Shown here one piece after another: positions 25,262-27,391 of a stretch of DNA of 27,391 nucleotides. Below the pieces are notes generated by a model. That model was not told the DNA's origin. It did not search any database and worked only from the letters and a program-made list of their open reading frames with translations. The stretch is from Candidatus Nanopusillus sp. (lineage in GTDB: Archaea > Nanobdellota > Nanobdellia > Nanobdellales > Nanobdellaceae): assembly GCA_046536775.1 (NCBI GenBank), contig JAWDMD010000003.1:1-27391 (forward strand). Reading direction: 5' to 3'. Each line of letters begins with the position of its first letter. Position 1 is the stretch's first letter. The position numbers were made by a program, and so were the translations under genes.

Positions 25262-25270
25262 AGTAATTAT

Positions 25271-26536
25271 ATGTATGATGAAAAATTTATAATAGAATAT
25301 TTTGAAAGGATAAGAGAGAGAAAAATAAATTATATTGAAAGAGAGTTAAATATAGAAAATGTAGAAAATAAAGCTACATCTATTGTTGGTCCTAGAAGAT
25401 CCGGAAAAACATATCTACTATTGAATAAATATCTATTAAATAAAGATAATTCTATATATATTAATTTTGAAAGTATAGAATTTTCAGATATTAAAGCAGA
25501 AGATGTTCTAAATATAATATCTTTATATGAATCTAAGTATAATGTAAAAACAAATACTATATTTTTAGATGAAATACAAAATTTAGAGAATTGGAATAAA
25601 TTAGTAAGAACACTAATTGATAGGGGATATAATATATACTTAACAGGTTCGTCTTCGAGATTATTACCAAAAGAATTATTAACTGAATTAAGAGGTAGAA
25701 CAATATATTATATTTTATTACCATTCTCTTTTAGAGAATTTTTAAAAACAAAGATAAAAGTTTCTAAAATATTGGGTATAAGTGAAATAGAAAAGATAAA
25801 AGAATATTTAAGGGAATACATAAACTTTGGAGGTTATCCAGAGGTAATTTTTATACAAGATAAAGAAAGAGTGATTAAAGAATATTATGAAACAATTTTT
25901 TATAAAGATTTTGTAGAAAGAGGGAAAATTAAAAGCTTTAATGTTGCGAGAATCATTTTTGAATATTTAATGCAAAATTTTTCTAATGAAATAAGCATTA
26001 ACAAAATAAAAAAATTTATAGAAAATCAATTTAATATAAATACAAAAAAGACAATATTTTCATATTTAGATAAAATACAGGATACCATGTCTATATTTTT
26101 CTTAGAAAAATATTCCAATAAGTTTTTTGAAAGAAAAAGATGGCCAAGAAAGGTTTATTTATGTGATATATCTTTTGCAAATTTGTTTGGTAAATATGAT
26201 ATAGAAAAGAGGATGGAAAATATTGTTTACTTAGATCTATTAAGATCAATTAATAATAATCCTTTAATTGAAATATATTATTTTAAAGATTATCAACAAC
26301 ATGAAGTAGATTTTTTAATAAAAGAAAGTAATATAATAAAAGAACTAATCCAGGTTTCTTATATAAATAACATAGATGAAATAGATAACAGAGAAATTAG
26401 ATCATTAATTAAAGCATCTAATTTATTAAATTGTAATGATTTAAAAATTATTACCTGGGATTTAGAAGATAAAATAATTAAAGATAATAAAGAAATAAAA
26501 TTAATACCATTATGGAAATGGTTATTAAATAATTAG
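25271..26536 (+). CDS. AAA ATPase of the COG1373 type (second paralogue)
   Basis: Walker A GPRRSGKTY, Walker B IFLDEIQN, GSSS motif, C-terminal HEVDFLIKE. The start is placed at the ATG at 25271 (MYDEKFIIEYFERI). The track's upstream 32 aa are low-complexity and overlap the promoter. Confidence 0.8.
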   Translation: MYDEKFIIEYFERIRERKINYIERELNIENVENKATSIVGPRRSGKTYLLLNKYLLNKDNSIYINFESIEFSDIKAEDVLNIISLYESKYNVKTNTIFLDEIQNLENWNKLVRTLIDRGYNIYLTGSSSRLLPKELLTELRGRTIYYILLPFSFREFLKTKIKVSKILGISEIEKIKEYLREYINFGGYPEVIFIQDKERVIKEYYETIFYKDFVERGKIKSFNVARIIFEYLMQNFSNEISINKIKKFIENQFNINTKKTIFSYLDKIQDTMSIFFLEKYSNKFFERKRWPRKVYLCDISFANLFGKYDIEKRMENIVYLDLLRSINNNPLIEIYYFKDYQQHEVDFLIKESNIIKELIQVSYINNIDEIDNREIRSLIKASNLLNCNDLKIITWDLEDKIIKDNKEIKLIPLWKWLLNN

Positions 26537-26618
26537 AATTATCTATAAATAGTAATTATAAAAATTTCAGATGTTTATTTTATATAATGTATACGACAAA
26601 ATTTAGTATATTTTATGA

Positions 26619-26640
26619 AAAATCTATAGATATTGTTTTA
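26619..26640 (+). repeat. Right copy of the 22-bp direct repeat AAAATCTATAGATATTGTTTTA, preceded by TACGACAAAAT at 26592-26602
   Basis: Exact match to 25087-25108. The order of the two sub-elements is swapped relative to the left flank. Confidence 0.85.
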
Positions 26641-26795
26641 TATACAAAACGAAATTTTGAATAATAACCTCGGAATAGTTGTTCTTTCTATGGAATTTAT
26701 TCTTTGATAGGTAATTACTAATATAAATATTTCCAATTAATATAAGCAAACCTTTATAAATCAGAATAAAAAATCTTATATGTTTAATCCATTAA

Positions 26796-26890
26796 AAATT
26801 TATAAATTTCAAAGTTGTATATAATAGGACTTAATTTTTTAGAATTTAAATTTCGAGTTTTATATTTACTACTTTGAAATTTATAAATTT
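26796..26890. repeat. Perfect 20-bp inverted repeat (AAATTTATAAATTTCAAAGT / ACTTTGAAATTTATAAATTT) with a 55-bp spacer
   Basis: The arms are at 26796-26815 and 26871-26890. Each arm contains the 14-bp palindrome AAATTTATAAATTT. The repeat lies in a 470-bp ORF-free region. Confidence 0.8.
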
Positions 26891-27006
26891 ATAGATGGCA
26901 AGATAATGCTTATAAAGTATAGATTGTAGAATATGGTTTAAATAAGCCTTTAGAAATGTATATTGAACTACAAATCACATAAAAAATATGATTTATATAA
27001 AAACTT

Positions 27007-27391
27007 TATGAGCAAGAACCCAATATTCATTGATAAAATGTTTATGATTGATTATAAAATATCAGAATTTTTTTATAGAAAATTGAGAGATAGATTAAAC
27101 CTTGTTTATATAATTGATGCAATCTCATACTTAGTAAATTTATCTTTCATTTTTTATATAATATTTTTCATTAATTTTAGCTATATTTTTCTTTTTATTA
27201 TATCTACAGCAATAACTTATTTGTTAAAATTAATATCTAATAGAAAAAGACCTTATTATTACTTTGATAAAAGATTTGCTATATTGGTTTATGAAAACCA
27301 TTCTTTTCCAAGTGAACATACAATTATTGCAACTTTATCCTTTATAATAACGGGAAATATTTTGGTATTGATAGCTCCAATATTAAGAATT
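27007..27391 (+). CDS. PAP2-family (type 2 phosphatidic acid / polyprenyl-diphosphate) phosphatase, 3'-truncated by the window edge
   Basis: Translated by hand: MSKNPIFIDKMFMIDYKISEFFYRKLRDRLNLVYIIDAISYLVNL... It carries PAP2 motif 1 KLISNRKRP and motif 2 FPSEHT and has hydrophobic segments. It runs off the window end, so it is missing from the ORF track. Confidence 0.7.

Noticed and set aside
25175-25270. The track's upstream start, which adds 32 aa to the second ATPase.
   Set aside because: The extension overlaps the palindrome, TATA box and repeat promoter elements. It has no counterpart in the paralogue at 7649. The ATG at 25271 aligns with the paralogue's N-terminus and sits ~26 nt from the TATA box.

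Overview
This is a very AT-rich window, roughly one quarter G+C by eye. It is tightly packed and clearly archaeal chromosomal DNA. The two tRNA genes are strikingly GC-rich against this background. That contrast, plus fragmented ribosomal-protein operons and many overlapping start/stop codons, suggests a thermophilic, reduced-genome archaeon of the Nanoarchaeota/DPANN type. The lineage call is inference only.

Most content is core information processing:
- tRNA-His and tRNA-Ser.
- Ribosomal proteins uL18, uS8 and uS14.
- A candidate replication origin, followed by a co-directional run of overlapping or closely spaced genes: Orc1/Cdc6, PolD small subunit (DP1), RpoL/Rpo11, the PIN-ATPase-KH protein (PINA/COG1855) and ABCE1.
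- A type IA topoisomerase, a NurA-like nuclease, a DUF460 RNase-H-fold protein and an NFACT-N protein.

Accessory content:
- A 5'-truncated, internally duplicated DUF2341-like surface protein.
- An ABC exporter with extra N- and C-terminal domains.
- An APC-permease::methyltransferase fusion.
- Two paralogous COG1373 AAA ATPases.
- Two PIN-type toxin-antitoxin modules, each with one partner broken at a 6-nt homopolymer.
- A DUF4234 membrane protein and a 3'-truncated PAP2 phosphatase.

I found no CRISPR array, transposase, integrase or recognisable multi-gene defence island.

The features that gene calls do not explain are:
- An ORB-like dyad with a G-string upstream of cdc6.
- A GC-rich irregular hairpin beside tRNA-Ser.
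- 22-bp direct repeats bracketing the second ATPase gene.
- An operator-like triple GGTATAAT site around that gene's TATA box.
- A 470-bp non-coding stretch containing a perfect 20-bp inverted repeat.

Three CDSs missing from the ORF track were read by hand: a 51-aa zinc ribbon, a 52-aa antitoxin and the PAP2 fragment. The N-terminal part of a vapC pseudogene and a frameshifted AbrB-type vapB pseudogene were also read by hand.
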